Assembly: GCF_009834535.1 (NCBI RefSeq)
Contig: NC_045697.1
Span: 16,184,001-16,248,000, forward strand
Direction: 5' to 3'
From: Camelus ferus
Taxonomy: Eukaryota
DNA length: 64,000 bases
A program made the position numbers and the translations under genes. Below the pieces are notes generated by a model. It had not been told where the DNA came from and made no database searches. It saw nothing but the letters and a program-made list of their open reading frames with translations. Below are positions 25,466 through 39,679 of the stretch, in pieces (position 1 is the stretch's first letter; every line of letters starts with the position of its first letter).

Positions 25466-26549
25466 TTCAGAATTCTCCTCTCTCTCTTCTCTTTCCCTAT
25501 ATTCTGGAGCAGGATTTACCTATTATCCTGGCAAACATGGAGGGCAATATTCATCTTGGTTGCCTCTGGGTTGGAACTGCTACTGGTGAGATTTGTCTTT
25601 GCATTCTTTGCACCAGCAAAGTAGGGTGAGGAGCTCACTTTCTCTCCCTGCTGGCTGAGCTCCCGCTCTGGCTGACACTTGGTTCTCTGAGATGCAATCT
25701 CTGTGAATTCCCTCCTGCACCAGGCAGGAGCCATTCATCCCAAACTTTATCATAGCAACACCGTGGGACATCCACTGAATCTCAGGTTTAACCACCATCT
25801 CTGCCACTCTGGACATGTGGAAACTTCTGTTAAATCCCTCCTTCAGGGCAAGTATTCTTAATAAAATATATATATATATGGAGGTAATTGTTTAAGTACA
25901 AAGGAGGAAAGAATAATTCTTAGAGAATACTTTTGAAAGAATATCTTAATAAATTGTCTGAGTCAGTGATATTGATACTTGGAAATGTCCTCTGGGGTGT
26001 TTCATAAAGTAGGCCAGGCTCTTCTTTGTGAAGGGAACTCATGCAAGTTTGGCTTTCTTAGTGAGACAGTGCAATTATATTATTATCTTTGAGGTGACAT
26101 TTCCCAGTGCTGTTGGAGATGGTCTAAATTTGAAGTTTGTTTTATGCTGCAGGTATGAATAATGTTCATAACTTATTCAAAAAAGAGAAAAAGGAAAATC
26201 AATGTTTTATTTTTGGGATCTATCAATAAACATAGATTGTATGCCAATATAAATGGACAAAATTGTTATGTTGACTATTTCTTTTCTGATAAATATAGTT
26301 AATAAATAAAGTGTAACAGGAAAGACAAATTGATTTAGATATATGTCAAATCAGTCAAATTCCTTAAAGCCAGACAGGCTGTATTTTAATTTCCATCAGT
26401 TTGATTCTTTATCTGACTTGAGAATCCTGGAAAGGTTTATACTCACAAGCAGTTGCCGAAGATGATAATTTGCTTGTGAGTAGTTACAATTCACATTTCT
26501 GTTTTTGAAAGCCCCTCACAAAATGATACTAGTTACTGACAACTTTGTT

Positions 26550-26891
26550 TAACAGTTCTCAAAAATAGAATCTTCAGATACCTGAGGATCCCTGACCCTT
26601 CCAGGAACACCAAGAGGCCAAAACTATTTTCAAAACTGTATTAAGATATTATTTACCTTTTTCATTCTTATTTTCTCTTGAGTGAATTGCTGAGTTTTCC
26701 AGAAGGTGCATGAAATGTGATGATGTTGTTTTGATGGTTAAAGGAATACACACATATTCTAGTATTTTAAAACTTCTCTTTTAATTTCTAATACAGTAAG
26801 TATTGGTAGATATAATCCACATAAATGCTTTTGAGGTATCTCATTAATTATTAAGAGTTGAAAATTTGTTCAAAATGTTGGAGAGCTAATG
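26550..26891. mobile_element. Charlie1-family hAT non-autonomous element
   Basis: gaggccaaaactattttca...gagttttccagaagg...ttttaatttctaatacagtaagtattggtagatataatccacataaa. Confidence 0.75.
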
Positions 26892-27769
26892 AACCTAATT
26901 CACAGAGCTGACACATACCTTCTCCCCTTAAAATAACAGTGATCATCTATTTTCTTTGGAGCTGGTAAACTCAGGGCTTGTTTTTATTGTTGTTTGCTTG
27001 TTTTTCTTTCTTTCCTGCTCCATGTTTCTTCTAGACCGTGTCGGTTTTTTCTAGCTTTTCCCTTGTTGTTTGGTGCTTCCAAATACAAAACAAAAGTGGG
27101 ATCTGCGAAAGACGTTTTTTTTTTTGTTTTTTCCTGAGAAAGAAAACATACTAGTTAAAAATAATTTTTAAAGTGCTGAATTATTAAAACAGATTTGGGT
27201 TAAGATCGAAACTTGAACATATCAGGTAATATGAGAATAAGCACCAAACAGAATTTACAGGAGTGTTCAGGGAACAGTTTGCAAATGCTTTCACCCTTCA
27301 CTTGAGGTGTACAGAGGCATCAGGGGATTAAGGGAGATGGGAGAAAGATGTCTTCGGGGAGCTCTGTGGTATAAGACTCGATCCCCCTGGGTAATAGGTG
27401 GGATTACTTCACCGTTCACCTCCAGTAAGGAGATAGCACCTTAAATGGACCACTAGGAACCTAATGCAAAACCCCTGCATTTTGAAGAGGATGTAATTAA
27501 TGACATCCAACTTTCATAAGAGACATCTGGAAGAGCGGAGATTGACTCCCCACTGTTATTTTGGTGGGGAGTCAAAGCAAAGATGTTCAAGGAGGAGAGG
27601 AGCCTTCCCACCTTGGAGGAAGACTGTGAGTGATTCTACTGGACTAGATATAAACATGTGTATATCACATATCAAATGTATACATATATGATCTATTATA
27701 CTACAATATGCTATATTATAATGAAAACAAACCTTGATGATAGAGATCGAGTTTGATGGATGGAATCTT

Positions 27770-28015
27770 GCTTCAAACCAGGTGAGCAGAAGACCAATCT
27801 GAGAAGGTGACATTTCAGTTAAACCATGAATGACAAAAAGGAATGAGCCATGCAATGATCCATGCAAAGAACATTCCAAGCAGCGTGAAGAGCCAGAATG
27901 TGGATCGGCTCTGCCAGCTCAATGACTAGAGAGAAATCCAGTGAAGCTAGAGCCTAAGCTGACTGGTGCAAGATGAGACAGGAAAGGAAGACAGGACCAG
28001 ATCGCGTAGGGTGAG
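27770..28015 (-). mobile_element. L2 fragment
   Basis: tctgagaaggtgacatttcag...gagccatgcaatgatc...agaacattccaagcag. Confidence 0.75.
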
Positions 28016-28654
28016 ACCCGTGCACCTCGGCTGATGTGCTCTGCATGCTTTCTTTAAGCACCAGCTACAATAATTTTCCAAACCCACAATAAATTTGAAG
28101 TTCCATATTCTCTTTTGTCTTGGTATTTTCAGGGGATGTCATGGAAGCTATAATTTGATGGGTTTGGAGAAGGCTGAGTGTGTCTGCCTCTTAAATTTTA
28201 TTAATATCTAGTTAATACCATAAAGTCCTCTAATAATGGTCCAAAACATTAATTTTAGCAAAGGCTGTATTCACTACATAAATGTCCCAGGTAGCAGCAG
28301 AGATTTTGGACCAGGTTTTATAATTCATATCCTATTTTTATTTCCCTGACCTTGTTAACTCTTGATATTAGAAACCATCCAGTACCTTTTGCCACAGTTT
28401 AGAAAAATTAATCCAAATTAATGTTTCCTTGGTAATATCATGATTATAACTTTATTTTTTATATTGAAGGTATTCTATCTTATCTTCTTGAAGGATGTGA
28501 AGCATTCTTCAATTGGTACTATTTTAACCAATCAACAAATATTTCTCACCTATTACTTTAGGTGATATTAAATATATACTAAAATATATATCAAAGCTAA
28601 AATAACTTAGTGTAATGATATTAAAGATCAAGGATACTATGGGTAATAAAATCT

Positions 28655-28864
28655 GATTTGCAAATGTTAGCCACTATATATAAAACAGATAAAAAATTTC
28701 TTCTGTATAGCATAGGGAACTATATTCAATATCTTGTAATAACCTTTAATGAAAAAAATATGAAATGAATATATGTATGTATATGCATGACTGAAACATT
28801 GTGCTGTACACTAGAAACTGACACATTGTAACTGACTTTACTTCAATAACAAATTTTTAAAAAA
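28655..28864 (+). mobile_element. Young L1 3' end
   Basis: ctgtatagcatagggaactatattcaatatcttgtaataacc...tacttcaataac. Confidence 0.9.
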
Positions 28865-29814
28865 CCTTTAGAAATTTAGAGGGAGAGAGACCATGGAACA
28901 TCTTCCTTGAGAAGGAAAATTTTGAGCTTGGCTTTGAAGGAATAATTACAGTTAAATAGAAGATTGTAACATGGATGAAACATGTAGGCATGAGTTGATG
29001 TAAAGGGTGAAGATGGAATTACATAAAACTTATTTTGGAACACTGAGAACATCAATTTGGAAAGATGGATATATTCGTGAAAAGAATTGTAAGTAATAAA
29101 AATTTTGAAAAGGGAGTTTCAAACCAAAATAAATTATCTTCCCTGCTTTAACTATGGGTGTGACAGAACATTTAGAAGTTACTCTGAGGAAATATTTCGG
29201 ATCTGCTTAGAAATTCCTCCTTTTTAGTAATATGTCAGTCACTGTGAACAGCCTTCAAAATGCTCAATCAAGATTTCTCATTTACCTGCGACCTTTCTGA
29301 GAAGCAAGTTCACAAAATGATATTTAAAAGATTATGGACCATATAGTAGGACTGGTAAAATTTTGGCTCAATCATTATAAGGTAATGATTCAGCTTTGGT
29401 ATTCGCCAGAATCATTTATGAGTGCCACAGATATTAACACTTGGTCTCATGGCATTCATCATTGAATGATGCATAAACAGAAGAAGGATGGAGAAATTTT
29501 GTTTTATTTAAAGTCAACATATATCTTTTTAAACTAACATTGGTGAATAGACAGAAAACTCTGGAACATGGTCACAAGTTGCAAGAAAGTGATACTTTTA
29601 AATTTAGGGTCCAACGCTTAGAGCTAGATTTGAAGGAGCAATCATACACATCTCTCTACTTGTGTCCTGCCTCAATTCTTGGCATTGCAAAGTTAAAGCA
29701 CTATTGTGTCTCCCAATACTGCTGCTGAAAATTAGTTCCACTTGTTTTGTCTTATGAGGAACATCGATGTTGCTTCTAGTTTTGCTCAGCTTCAACTCTT
29801 TATCCTTTCAAAAA

Positions 29815-30247
29815 ATGGTCGTTCTAAAATCTGATGCAAATACAGGGTCCGATTATGCTATATTTGGCTTAAAATCTTTCAGTGATTCTTGAGTCTTTTC
29901 AAGATGAAGATTAGACTGATCATGGCAAAAAAGATCACCTCCCCAGCTTTTAGACTTCATTTTATTTATTATATCTTCAGGGAGGCTTCAATCAGGTCAA
30001 TTTTACAACACTCTGCATTTTCCCCTGTTTTAGCATTTACCACAATTATAAGTGTACAACTGCTGCTGTTATTGATAAAATATCTGTCCTCTTCACTAGA
30101 CTGCAAGTTCCATAAAGGCAGGAACCAAATATGCTTTTAAAACCCTTTCTATTCTCAGCCACTCACACAGCACTTGACAAATAGAAGGAACTCAATGCAT
30201 AGTCATTGATATTGTTGATGGGGTTCGTGTGTGCGTGAATGAATGAG
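29815..30247 (+). mobile_element. L2 3' portion
   Basis: cactagactgcaagttccataaaggcagg...gaatgaatga. Confidence 0.8.
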
Positions 30248-30289
30248 CCTGTGACCTGTGCAGAAAATACAGTCGTCACCTATCACAGT

Positions 30290-30470
30290 CACAGAGTCAT
30301 AGTATGTTTGGGAAGAAAAGTACTTTTGAAATCTCTTATTCAAAATCTTTCATTAGTTAGGGAAATTGAAGCCTAGAAACCAAACAACTAGCCCAAGATT
30401 ATATAATTAATCACAGTGACAGAACTGGACTTAGAATCTAGGTTTTCACTACTACTCTGAACCGTTTTTA
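30290..30470 (-). mobile_element. MIR/MIR3 SINE
   Basis: gggaaattgaagcctaga...gcccaagattatataattaa...gacagaactggacttagaatctagg. Confidence 0.7.
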
Positions 30471-32448
30471 TGATGTTATAGCTCCTCCAATATAACCTCC
30501 CCATTCCGAAAGTGCAAGCCAAGGGCCAAAGTCACAGGGAATTAGTACGGGAGTTGGGTGGCTTCAGTCATCAGGTCGTGTCTCTGCTCTCCTTTATACT
30601 CAGGGGCCATCAAGCAAATACATGAATGTCAGGGATCTGGTGAAGTTGTTTTTGGTTTAATAACTTTACAGTTCCAGGAACTCTTACTCTATGCTTTCTT
30701 AGTCTCGTCATTCCTAATGTACCCATCATGGTCTTGAAAGAATGAGGAAACTGAGTCTGAATAGAATAGGGAAATATCTATACTTCCAACCAAAGAACTC
30801 AACAGTCAGATGCAGTGAGAGTGATCCCAGTCCAGCCTGTTGGCATACAAAGAAAAACAGCCATTCATGAGAACTTGGACCTATTAATTCATATCGTCAG
30901 CTTTAGTTTATGCATCTCTAAATCTATTAACCATGTTTTTAGTTCTAAAATGCTTTGACTCTGAAAATGTTTCAATTCTCTTCCCATCATTGCTTTTTCT
31001 TTTTTTTAACTTTGCCTTTTCTGGTCAATTTCCATAAATTTGTTGCCTTTTAATTATAGCAGTGGAGCTCAGTGTGAACACAACATCACTCAATAAGTCT
31101 CCCATTCATCATAATGTCCCATTACTGAGAGGGTCAGATCACCTAATGACTTCACTCCCTTGGGTAGCTTGGGGTTACCCCTAGGTAGTCAGGTGGAGTA
31201 GCAGGTTGGCCATTTAATCTCCCCCCATTCTCAATTTCACTCCCTTTCTTGTGAACACAAAAGAACTTTAAGCGATCTGTCTGCGGCATTGAAATGCCAA
31301 CCTTAGTTGGTACTTTGAAAACTCAAAGCCTTTTACAAGATGAATAGCAAACTGTGGATGACAGCTCCTGTGGAGCCATTATTGAATTGCAGCCCTGATG
31401 ACTGCATTACTTTGGATTTAGATAAAAGACTCCATACAAGACAAATGGTAGGAGGACATCAAACAAGACTGTATCCATACAGTGACAGAAGCAATCCAAT
31501 TGAAGAAGTTGTTGATTTCCCCAAGGCTCCATACTATTTCTTCCTGAGCAATTTATATTAAAGGAGTAAAGATTGTATATTCATCCTCTATTTATATTTT
31601 TCTCTAAAAAATATGAATGTCCAGTTGTCAAATTGAAGTCTTAACTTCTGCTCTTGCCTGGAAGAGAGTTATCAATATGGGAACAGGTTAATTATTTTGT
31701 ATTGTGTTTTATTTAACCACAATAGCAGTGTGTGTAAAGGTTATAGACTAAGAGTTACAATCTATAATGATCAGATAAAAAGATTAATCAGCAAATTGAT
31801 AGTTCCCTGTACCAACAGGAAGCTCAGGATATTCAAGGCAACAATGAGTACAAAGGGTGCTGATAAACATCAGGCACCTTTATTCAGATGAAAACTAATT
31901 CTAGAGAACTTCCACTATCTCATTAATTATGTACTAGCTTCAGAAGGCTGAATTGGGTGAGGCATCATTAGGGGCTTTTGGAATGTGTTGAAAATGCTTC
32001 TGGCTCTATGAAAACTGTAAAATAAGAGCTTATTTTTCTGTTGGTTTGGCAGATGTTCACACAAACCCAGTTCCTCAAAATGGAAAAGGTTCCATGCAAA
32101 GAAATCGCACATATTTTTTTTTGTATCCTAAGTCTTGGGAACAAGAATGTCCTAGGCTTTATCTTCAGAAATACCATCGACATTGTTTAAGGCAGGGATT
32201 TAGATGTTGATCTGCTTAATAGGGAAGTAGCACCCTTCATATAAGTTTTATCCTAAAATAGCTTGTTGATCTGTTTAAATTTAATTTTATGCTTTTGTGA
32301 TGTCACTGCTTTCCTGAACTTTTACACTAATGGTTTCTTTTGCTTTTCCTCTTCATTTGGTGTAATCTACATTTGCTTACCCCTCTGTTACATAAAAGTG
32401 AACTCATTGAAAAGTAAGTCGATGTGGATTTGCTGAATTGCAAACTTT

Positions 32449-32612
32449 TGTTTCTGTTTTTTAGTTTTTGTTTCTTGGATTTTTTAATTGAAGTACAGTC
32501 AGTTTACAGGTTGTGTTAATTTCTGGTGTATAGCATAGTGATTCAGTTATATATATTCTTTTCATATTCTTTTTCATTATAGGCTATTACAATATATTGA
32601 ATATCCCCTGTG
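32449..32612 (-). mobile_element. Young L1, very short 3' end with TSD
   Basis: ttaattgaagtacagtcagtttaca...; TSD tgaattgcaaacttt (32434-32448) / tgaattgcaaaattt (32613-32627). Confidence 0.92.
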
Positions 32613-33689
32613 TGAATTGCAAAATTTGAATAGAACCTTTGGTGCAGAATGGAGAGAGTTTAAATTAAGATCTCTCCTGGAAGTTACATGTAACTTCATC
32701 TATGTGCATAACCATGTCTTTTGAATGAGACTCCCATCTTAGTATCATTGACTTTGAGTATTTTCCAAAATCAGACTTGCTCTCTTCTGGACAATTTTTC
32801 AGTTGTTCAGGAATTCATCAAGATGAAAGTAGGATGTCTTTTTTTTTTTTTTTTTTTTTTGGAATAGAGTCATATAAAAGAACCAGTTTCAATAATCTCA
32901 AAACTCTTAAAAATAGCTTCAATGGTGTCTAATAGGTAATTGCTACTTGACACCAATAATTAATTTAAGAGGGGAAATAAAAGGAAAGAAAAAGAACTGA
33001 AGAATTGACATAATTGAGCTCAGTAGAAACAGTTTGGTTCTCTTAAAGCCATCCTCAGGTATTACTTTGCATAATTGCTTTTAGACTTTTTTTTTTCATT
33101 CCAATTTCCCATGTTAGAACGGGCATATGTTAATTTACTTCTTCTGGGTCAGATTACACCATTAGATGTGCTCTGACAACTCCCTCATACCGAATCTACT
33201 TTGATACACAGCCTATGTTACTTTCCTTAAATACCAAATTCCAGAACTGTGTGTGTATTTATATGTTAGTCTCTGGGAACATGTAAACAAACCTAGCTAC
33301 TGCTGACTGTCAAAAAGAAATTGTGTTCCCATTCCTGCTACCTTTTGAATGTGTTTTTGGCAACAGGCTCTGTTCACTGAGCTCACCTGGGCGGTGGCTC
33401 TTGGGGCTACAATTGAACCACTGAAGAAGAGTCCTGATTAGTTTTCAGTAGAACCATTCAGAACCATGCGGCTGAATGGCTGAGACATGGAGTCCTGGTA
33501 ACCTTATACCACCTCGGGGCAGACTATCAGTTGCGATCGTAGTTTAATGAAACACTTTGACTTCAAATGTCTACTTAGCTGAAGACTCACTTCCTCTGTC
33601 TCCCTTCTCTCCCTTACTGCTTTCCTTCTGTATCCCTCTCTCTTTTCTTCCTTCCTTCTCTCAATACCACAGTGACATTCTCTACTCTA

Positions 33690-34945
33690 CAAAGCAATTT
33701 CACACTCTGACACTGCCATGGTTCAGCTCCTTGTTGTCTCTTGCCTGGATTGCTACCAAAGGCTCATAATAGCTCTTGTTCCTCCCCCAACTGCCTCCCG
33801 CCACCCCTGCAATTGCAACACCCCAGTACTCCATCCTCCACCATACAGCCGGGTGCTGTTTCTAAAACACAAATCTGCTGACAGCATCCTTCTGCTAAAA
33901 ATACTGCCGTGGCTCCCACACGTCATCTAGGATAATGATCAAATTCCTTCACAAGGCAAGGCATCCGGATCCTCTCCTAGTCTGGCCCCCACTGACCTCC
34001 CTGGCCTCATTGTCCATGTTCTCTGTGGACAGGATGCCAGGTACACCCAGCCTTCTCACACCTCCCTGCTTCCGCCCTTGCCGCCCAATGTCCATCTTCC
34101 TTCTCTCACATCTTACCCTTCCCCTGATCTATTTTTGATCTGGCTGATTTTCACCTCTTCTTCAAGGCTTAAAGTATTGTTTACTATTGAAATCTTCCAA
34201 GACTAACTTTCCAGGACTGCTCGCCTTAACACCTCACTACACACGTACACACACAACACACACACACACACACACTGATTCAGACTGTGACTTTATTCCT
34301 GCCATGACATTAACTATTAATGTACTAGAACTATTGATTCACTTAAACATCACTTTTTCTAGAGCCAGGATTCTTAACCCTATTACACCGTGACCACCTT
34401 TGGCAATCTGATGAAGCCCCTTGACCCATCCTCAGAACCATGTTGTTAAACACATAAAACAAAAATACATATGGTAAAAAGTTATCATGATATAAAGTTA
34501 CCAAAATGTTAACAAAATATATTGTGGTATACTATATCTATTAGATATATTTAATAAAAATGTTAAAACATTCGTTAAGACAGCTTAGCAACAAATCCAC
34601 TAACGATTATTATAATTTGGAAGTAGCAGTGAGTAAAAACAACATTTCAGTATATCTTCTGCCACTCCAAAATTATATCTATAATTTTTACTTGTGACAA
34701 AGTGCTACAGTGGTTTGTTGTTTACAAGTCCGCTAATTTTTAAAAATGCTAAATTTTAGTAAAGGTGAACAAACTAAAGATATAATTATTATTTCAAACC
34801 AAGTTCATGGAGAACCTGAATTCCAGAGTCTTTGTTTCAGTTTTAGACTATAAATTCTTTGAAGGTTTCATTTTACTATACCCAGGCCTTGTGTAGTACT
34901 GGAACATGGTAAGAACTTAAAATGTTTGTTGGCCAAATGAATGAA
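33690..34945 (+). mobile_element. L2 3' portion split by a hAT element; contains (CA)n at ~34257-34275
   Basis: tctcttgcctggattgctac...ttctaaaacacaaatctg...; resumes tagactataaattctttgaagg...aatgaatgaa. Confidence 0.8.
34362..34830. mobile_element. hAT-Charlie non-autonomous element (MER119/Charlie4-like)
   Basis: caggattcttaaccct...cctttggcaatctgatgaagcc...cctcagaa...ccaagttcatgga. Confidence 0.65.
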
Positions 34946-36439
34946 AGAAGTCATTTAATATTTCATCTAACTAAAACTTTTCAGCCCCTCCTGTCCTTAA
35001 TTAGGCTTTATTATTCTGGTCACATACTCAGAAACTAAAGTGCAGAAAGGTTAAGGACGTTTTGAGAGTTCACAGGGCTCTAAAACGTCTATTTCACCAT
35101 CAAGTTGCCTCTCCGAATGTTGTGTTCAACCTATCGGATAATCAAGAGAAAGAGCAAGCATGGAAAAATTACGCTGTCAGTTTTCACGAGGATAAGGGAT
35201 TTCAGACCTTTGGTAACTCTTGGCTTCCAGTATATTAATGCTGCATCGATTTGGCCAATGGACTATGTGGTATTCATCTGGACTTCATGAGAAAGGCTGA
35301 GAGCTTGGAGAAGATGATCCTGTCATCCAGGAGAATTTGTCTCACCAAGAGAATTGCTTACTTGGGCTCAGAAACAATCCAAGAAGAGCAGGAATAAGGA
35401 TGGGAACGCCCCTTCCTCCACGGTTCGCTCAGAGAGCAGCGGTGGTAGAGAACTAGCTTTTTGTTTCATTAGCTCTCACTGAGCGGATGAATAAAAGAAA
35501 ATAATGAAAACTAAGACAATCCTTTTCACATTTCAGGGCATGAGCAAAGGAAGGTTTGGAGCGCTCGATTCTGCCCTGTGCATTGAAAGGCTCAGACCGC
35601 CGTGTGCCACAATGGCGTTCCTTTCAGGAAGTTAGCTGTTACTGTGTCTCTCTGTTGTTCTGTTTCTCTCCTGTCCCTTAGGCTGCTTTAGTCTTTTCCA
35701 GTGTCTAGTCTACAAAGAAACCACTCAGTAGCAATGCCCGGCCAGACTTCATAAGGAAAAGAGATAGAGATCCCCTCTCCCTGCTCCAACATACACACAA
35801 GGGGAAGGAAGGAGGGAGGCAGTGTCAGCCCCAGGATGGATAAGCTGTGTTGATCTAGCTGTACAGAGTCTCGTTAAATGCTCCAAACCCTTGTTTCCCT
35901 GCCAGTGAGAAATCAGACCAAACAAGGAACAACTTAAGTTGTCAGGCTCTGGGAACTTACTATAAGAACAGTTTAAGCTCTTGACATCCAAAATGTCTCT
36001 GGTTTAGGTGTTTCCTGATCTTTTATTTTATGCCTGTATATTTGATGAGTCAAAATAAGTATCTCAGGAATCACACAATGCTTCACACAATGCTCCAGCC
36101 ATAAGATCTGTTATATAATACTATTTGTATAAGGCAGTGAGAACCTGCATAACTAAGATACTTCAGAACAACATTAATTTAACCACGAGGCCTTAAGAGA
36201 ACCCTATTTAGCATCTTTTCATGCTATCACAATTTTTAAAAAATGCATTATATTTTTTCTACTTTACTACTCAAAGAACAGGGCCCACAGTTTAAAAAAA
36301 AATGTCAAGGCTTCTTACTATAATTCATGGGCATTATTATTGCTCAGCAATCATGATCTTATAGACCAAGACTTAGATAAAGTTATGATGCTAGAAAATA
36401 CTGTGAAAATAGTTTTCTTCTCCCAGAGAAGGAATCCTG

Positions 36440-36825
36440 TTGAGGTTAAGAAAGCACATGAAGTCAGATAGCTCTGAGTGTGAATCAGAGGCAGGAGACT
36501 CCATGTGTCCTGTAACACATCACTTAGCTTTTTTTTTCGCAAGGAGGAGGTCATTAGGTTTAATTATTTATTAACTTAAGTGGAGTTACTGGAGTTTGAA
36601 CCCAGGACTTCGTGCATGCTAAGCATGCACTTTAGTATTGAGCTATACCCTCCCCCTGCTTAACTTCTTTTATTTACTTTTCTGTTTCAAAAACTGTAGC
36701 GGTACAGGTTTACAACCTCTTTAATTCGGTTATCTTGAGAATTAAATGGGGTAATGTATGCACGATGCTTAACGCAGTGTCTGACACACAGTAAGAATCT
36801 AATAAATATAGAGTAGTTGGTATTA
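36440..36825 (+). mobile_element. MIR SINE interrupted by a camelid SINE
   Basis: gaagtcagatagctctgagtgtgaatc...gagaattaaatggggtaatgtatg...gtgtctgacacacagtaag. Confidence 0.8.
36529..36656 (-). mobile_element. Vic-1-type camelid SINE
   Basis: tgaacccaggacttcgtgcatgctaagcatgcac...tgagctataccctccccc. Confidence 0.92.
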
Positions 36826-37506
36826 CCCCAGTCCTGTTGTAAACTTGTTTCATTGTGATCTGTCTTCAAATGACGTGCCCAGTGAGGATTGTTTAATATT
36901 AGGTACAACTAACATTTGTCTACACTTTACTGTTTACAAATTATATTTATGTACATCATTACCTTTAAGTCTCATAAATTCCAAGAGGTGGATACCATTA
37001 TCTTTCTTATTTTACCAGTTGGGTGGCTGAATCTTGGTTGTAACTTCCTAAAAGTCCAAACTAATAATGCACAGTAGGGTAAGAACTCAAATGTCTTTAG
37101 GATTCCACTCCATTGGTTCTCATTAACTGAAGTTTTAGCTTAGATGCAACTGAGTCTCTGATAAGCAGAATCACTTTTCTTTTCTCATTACTTATAGTCA
37201 CTTGTATGGTCTATTAAAGGCGATAGTTTTAGTGTACAGAACAGCAATCTGGCAAGATTATTGACCTAGGTTTCTCTCCCCCTTCCCCTTCTAGACCCTA
37301 GAAATTCGGAATCTAGAAACCTGAGGTGGGATAGAAAATTTGCATGCCTACCAAGCTCTCAGGGGATGGCAAGCCTACACCAATGGTTCAGGGAATACAC
37401 TGCAGCAGCCCTGCCACAGATGATCACACCATCAGCAGAAACCTCGAGATACATTGTCACAATCCAGAAATCCACTTGCAGAAGAAACTTCACAGCCATG
37501 CTGGAT

Positions 37507-38047
37507 TGTATATATTTTCATTTTTTGATATTATGATGTTTTGCCATCTTAAAAACTCTTGCTGGCTGGGGAGAGATTGTCCCTCCTGGGGCTAGCCAAT
37601 GCTTAGAGATAGTAAAAGACTCAGCTGGAAGCATGCCTTTGATAGGGAAACTAACCAGCCCAGAGCCAAACCTCCTCTGTCTGGCCCACACACCCCAGGA
37701 AGCAGTATTCCTCTGACTGCATCATCCCAGGGTTAGGTACCAGGTGGCTAGAGATCACCATAATAACCCAAAGCCCACCAAAATGATTCAAACTGGCCAA
37801 TCCTGAACCCTTTACCCTATTTTGACGTTCTCTTGGAAACTGCAATGAAGCTTTTGGACTAAGTGTTCTCCTGGTTCCCATCTTCTGCTACCTGACCCAG
37901 ACCTGGCGCTTCCCCTGTGACTCTGCCTGGCATGCCGTGATCCCTCTTTAGGACCTATGACTATAATCAACTTGTTTTCTTCTGTCTCTTCCATGTCCCT
38001 TCTTGTGGCTGCCCCTAACTGAACATCAGCTAAAAGAACACAGAACA
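37507..38047 (+). mobile_element. ERVL solo LTR (MER74-like)
   Basis: TG...CA ends; gggctagccaatgcttagagatag...aggtaccagg...attcaaactggccaatcct. Confidence 0.8.
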
Positions 38048-39679
38048 CACGCTATCTTCGGACCAAAAGGAAGGTGTATCTCTTTTCTAATTATCTTGAG
38101 CCTTGCATGTTGGGCAGTCATGCTGTCCAACTCATGATCAGGCACGTGTAGAGGAATGTCATTAGGGACACCAATGATCAAGGCACCCCTGCAAATTTCA
38201 GGCATGGCTTTGGCACACAGCTCTTCTCCTTGTCTTCTGACAGCAATTTCAGCCTCCTGCTGCCTGGCCTGTGACTGTCTCTCATTAAACCTCAGTGAGT
38301 AGCCCTACTGCAGCCGTGAATCATACACTGAGGGCTTCACACAGGCTGGCTTTATTGAGCTGCATTATAGGACACTGTATCTCAGATGGCCCCCATGTAG
38401 CCAAAACAATCTGTCTCTTTTAATTCTTCCTGTCACCTCCTCATTAAGTAGATGGCAGTGTCGACCATCAAACACACTTTCACACAAACACACACGCTAT
38501 CCCCAAAATGTAACATTTCCTCCTCTTGTTTTCAGAGGTGGTTGTAAATATCCCGTCATGGGAAGATTCATGGAGCAGAATATGAGCCAGGGTCCTGTAC
38601 ATAACTGACAGAGGCAAGGGGCAGTCTCCGTGGACACATAAAGCAATTAAAAATAACTATGCTTCAAAGCAGGCTACTATAATACAAAGGTCAGGCCCAT
38701 AAATATGAACAGGCTGGCAGTAATGTCTCTATCCAAATATACCCCCCAAACACACGACGACAACAGGTCAGAACTCAAAGGTTAATGTAAGAAAGAACTG
38801 AAATTATGCCATATTCTTCTTCTGCCTTTTTCTTCCTGTAGTCTTTTCATCAAAGGTTAATATATGTGAATCCAGTGGAAAAATTTTACCGGAGCCAAAT
38901 ATGTGTCATCAGCCAGTATTTTTATTCAATGCAAAATATTTACCCTTGTACAGCTGACAAAAGGAAGGAGCTCTAGCAAAATTTTCTGGGGAAGGTGAAT
39001 GTCTATTGCTTTCTCTCCTGTTTACTAGGTTGCTTGTTTTTATATTAACTGCACTGAAGTTTGAATTCCACTCAAAGCTGTAGAGAGACTGCTCTGAGGA
39101 CCGGGATAATTTTTGCAGTAACACACTGAGTGCGATAATAAGGTTTATGCATGGTTCTAAAGAATATGCTGACAGATGGAAAAGGAGCTGCCTCAGTCTG
39201 CACAGCATTCACTTTTATATATATTAAAAAAATCATAGTACATCTGACTCTGGTTCAAGCAGCCGTTCTTCCTCCTGCTGTCTTCCAGGAACAGAAATAT
39301 TTTAGAGTACATAGGAAAATCCCAACCCCCAGTGGACCGATTTGCTAAAATTTCAAGTTCTGTGCACATCACAGTATCATAGGTTCCTGTATTACCATTC
39401 AAGGTGTCATGTGCCATGAAATATTTATTCCCTCCAAACATGAATCTCTGTGTAGTAAGTGCTTAGAGAATGAGCAAGTAAATGCAGCAAGGAACAAGAT
39501 GTGAGCAGAATGGCTCCCACAATGGAGAGGTACTTCCCTTCTGAAAAGCAAAATGCTGGCTAATTCGCCAAGGATTCCTTTTCACCAAAGGAAATTAAAA
39601 TATGCACGCAGGTTGTATTAGAGCATTCAGGTCATCTCTACTCCTCTACGATGCTGTGACAATTGAGAACACATTGATT

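Noticed and set aside
33454..33479. 8-bp hairpin ccattcag/ctgaatgg
   Set aside because: Several stems of this size are expected by chance in 64 kb.
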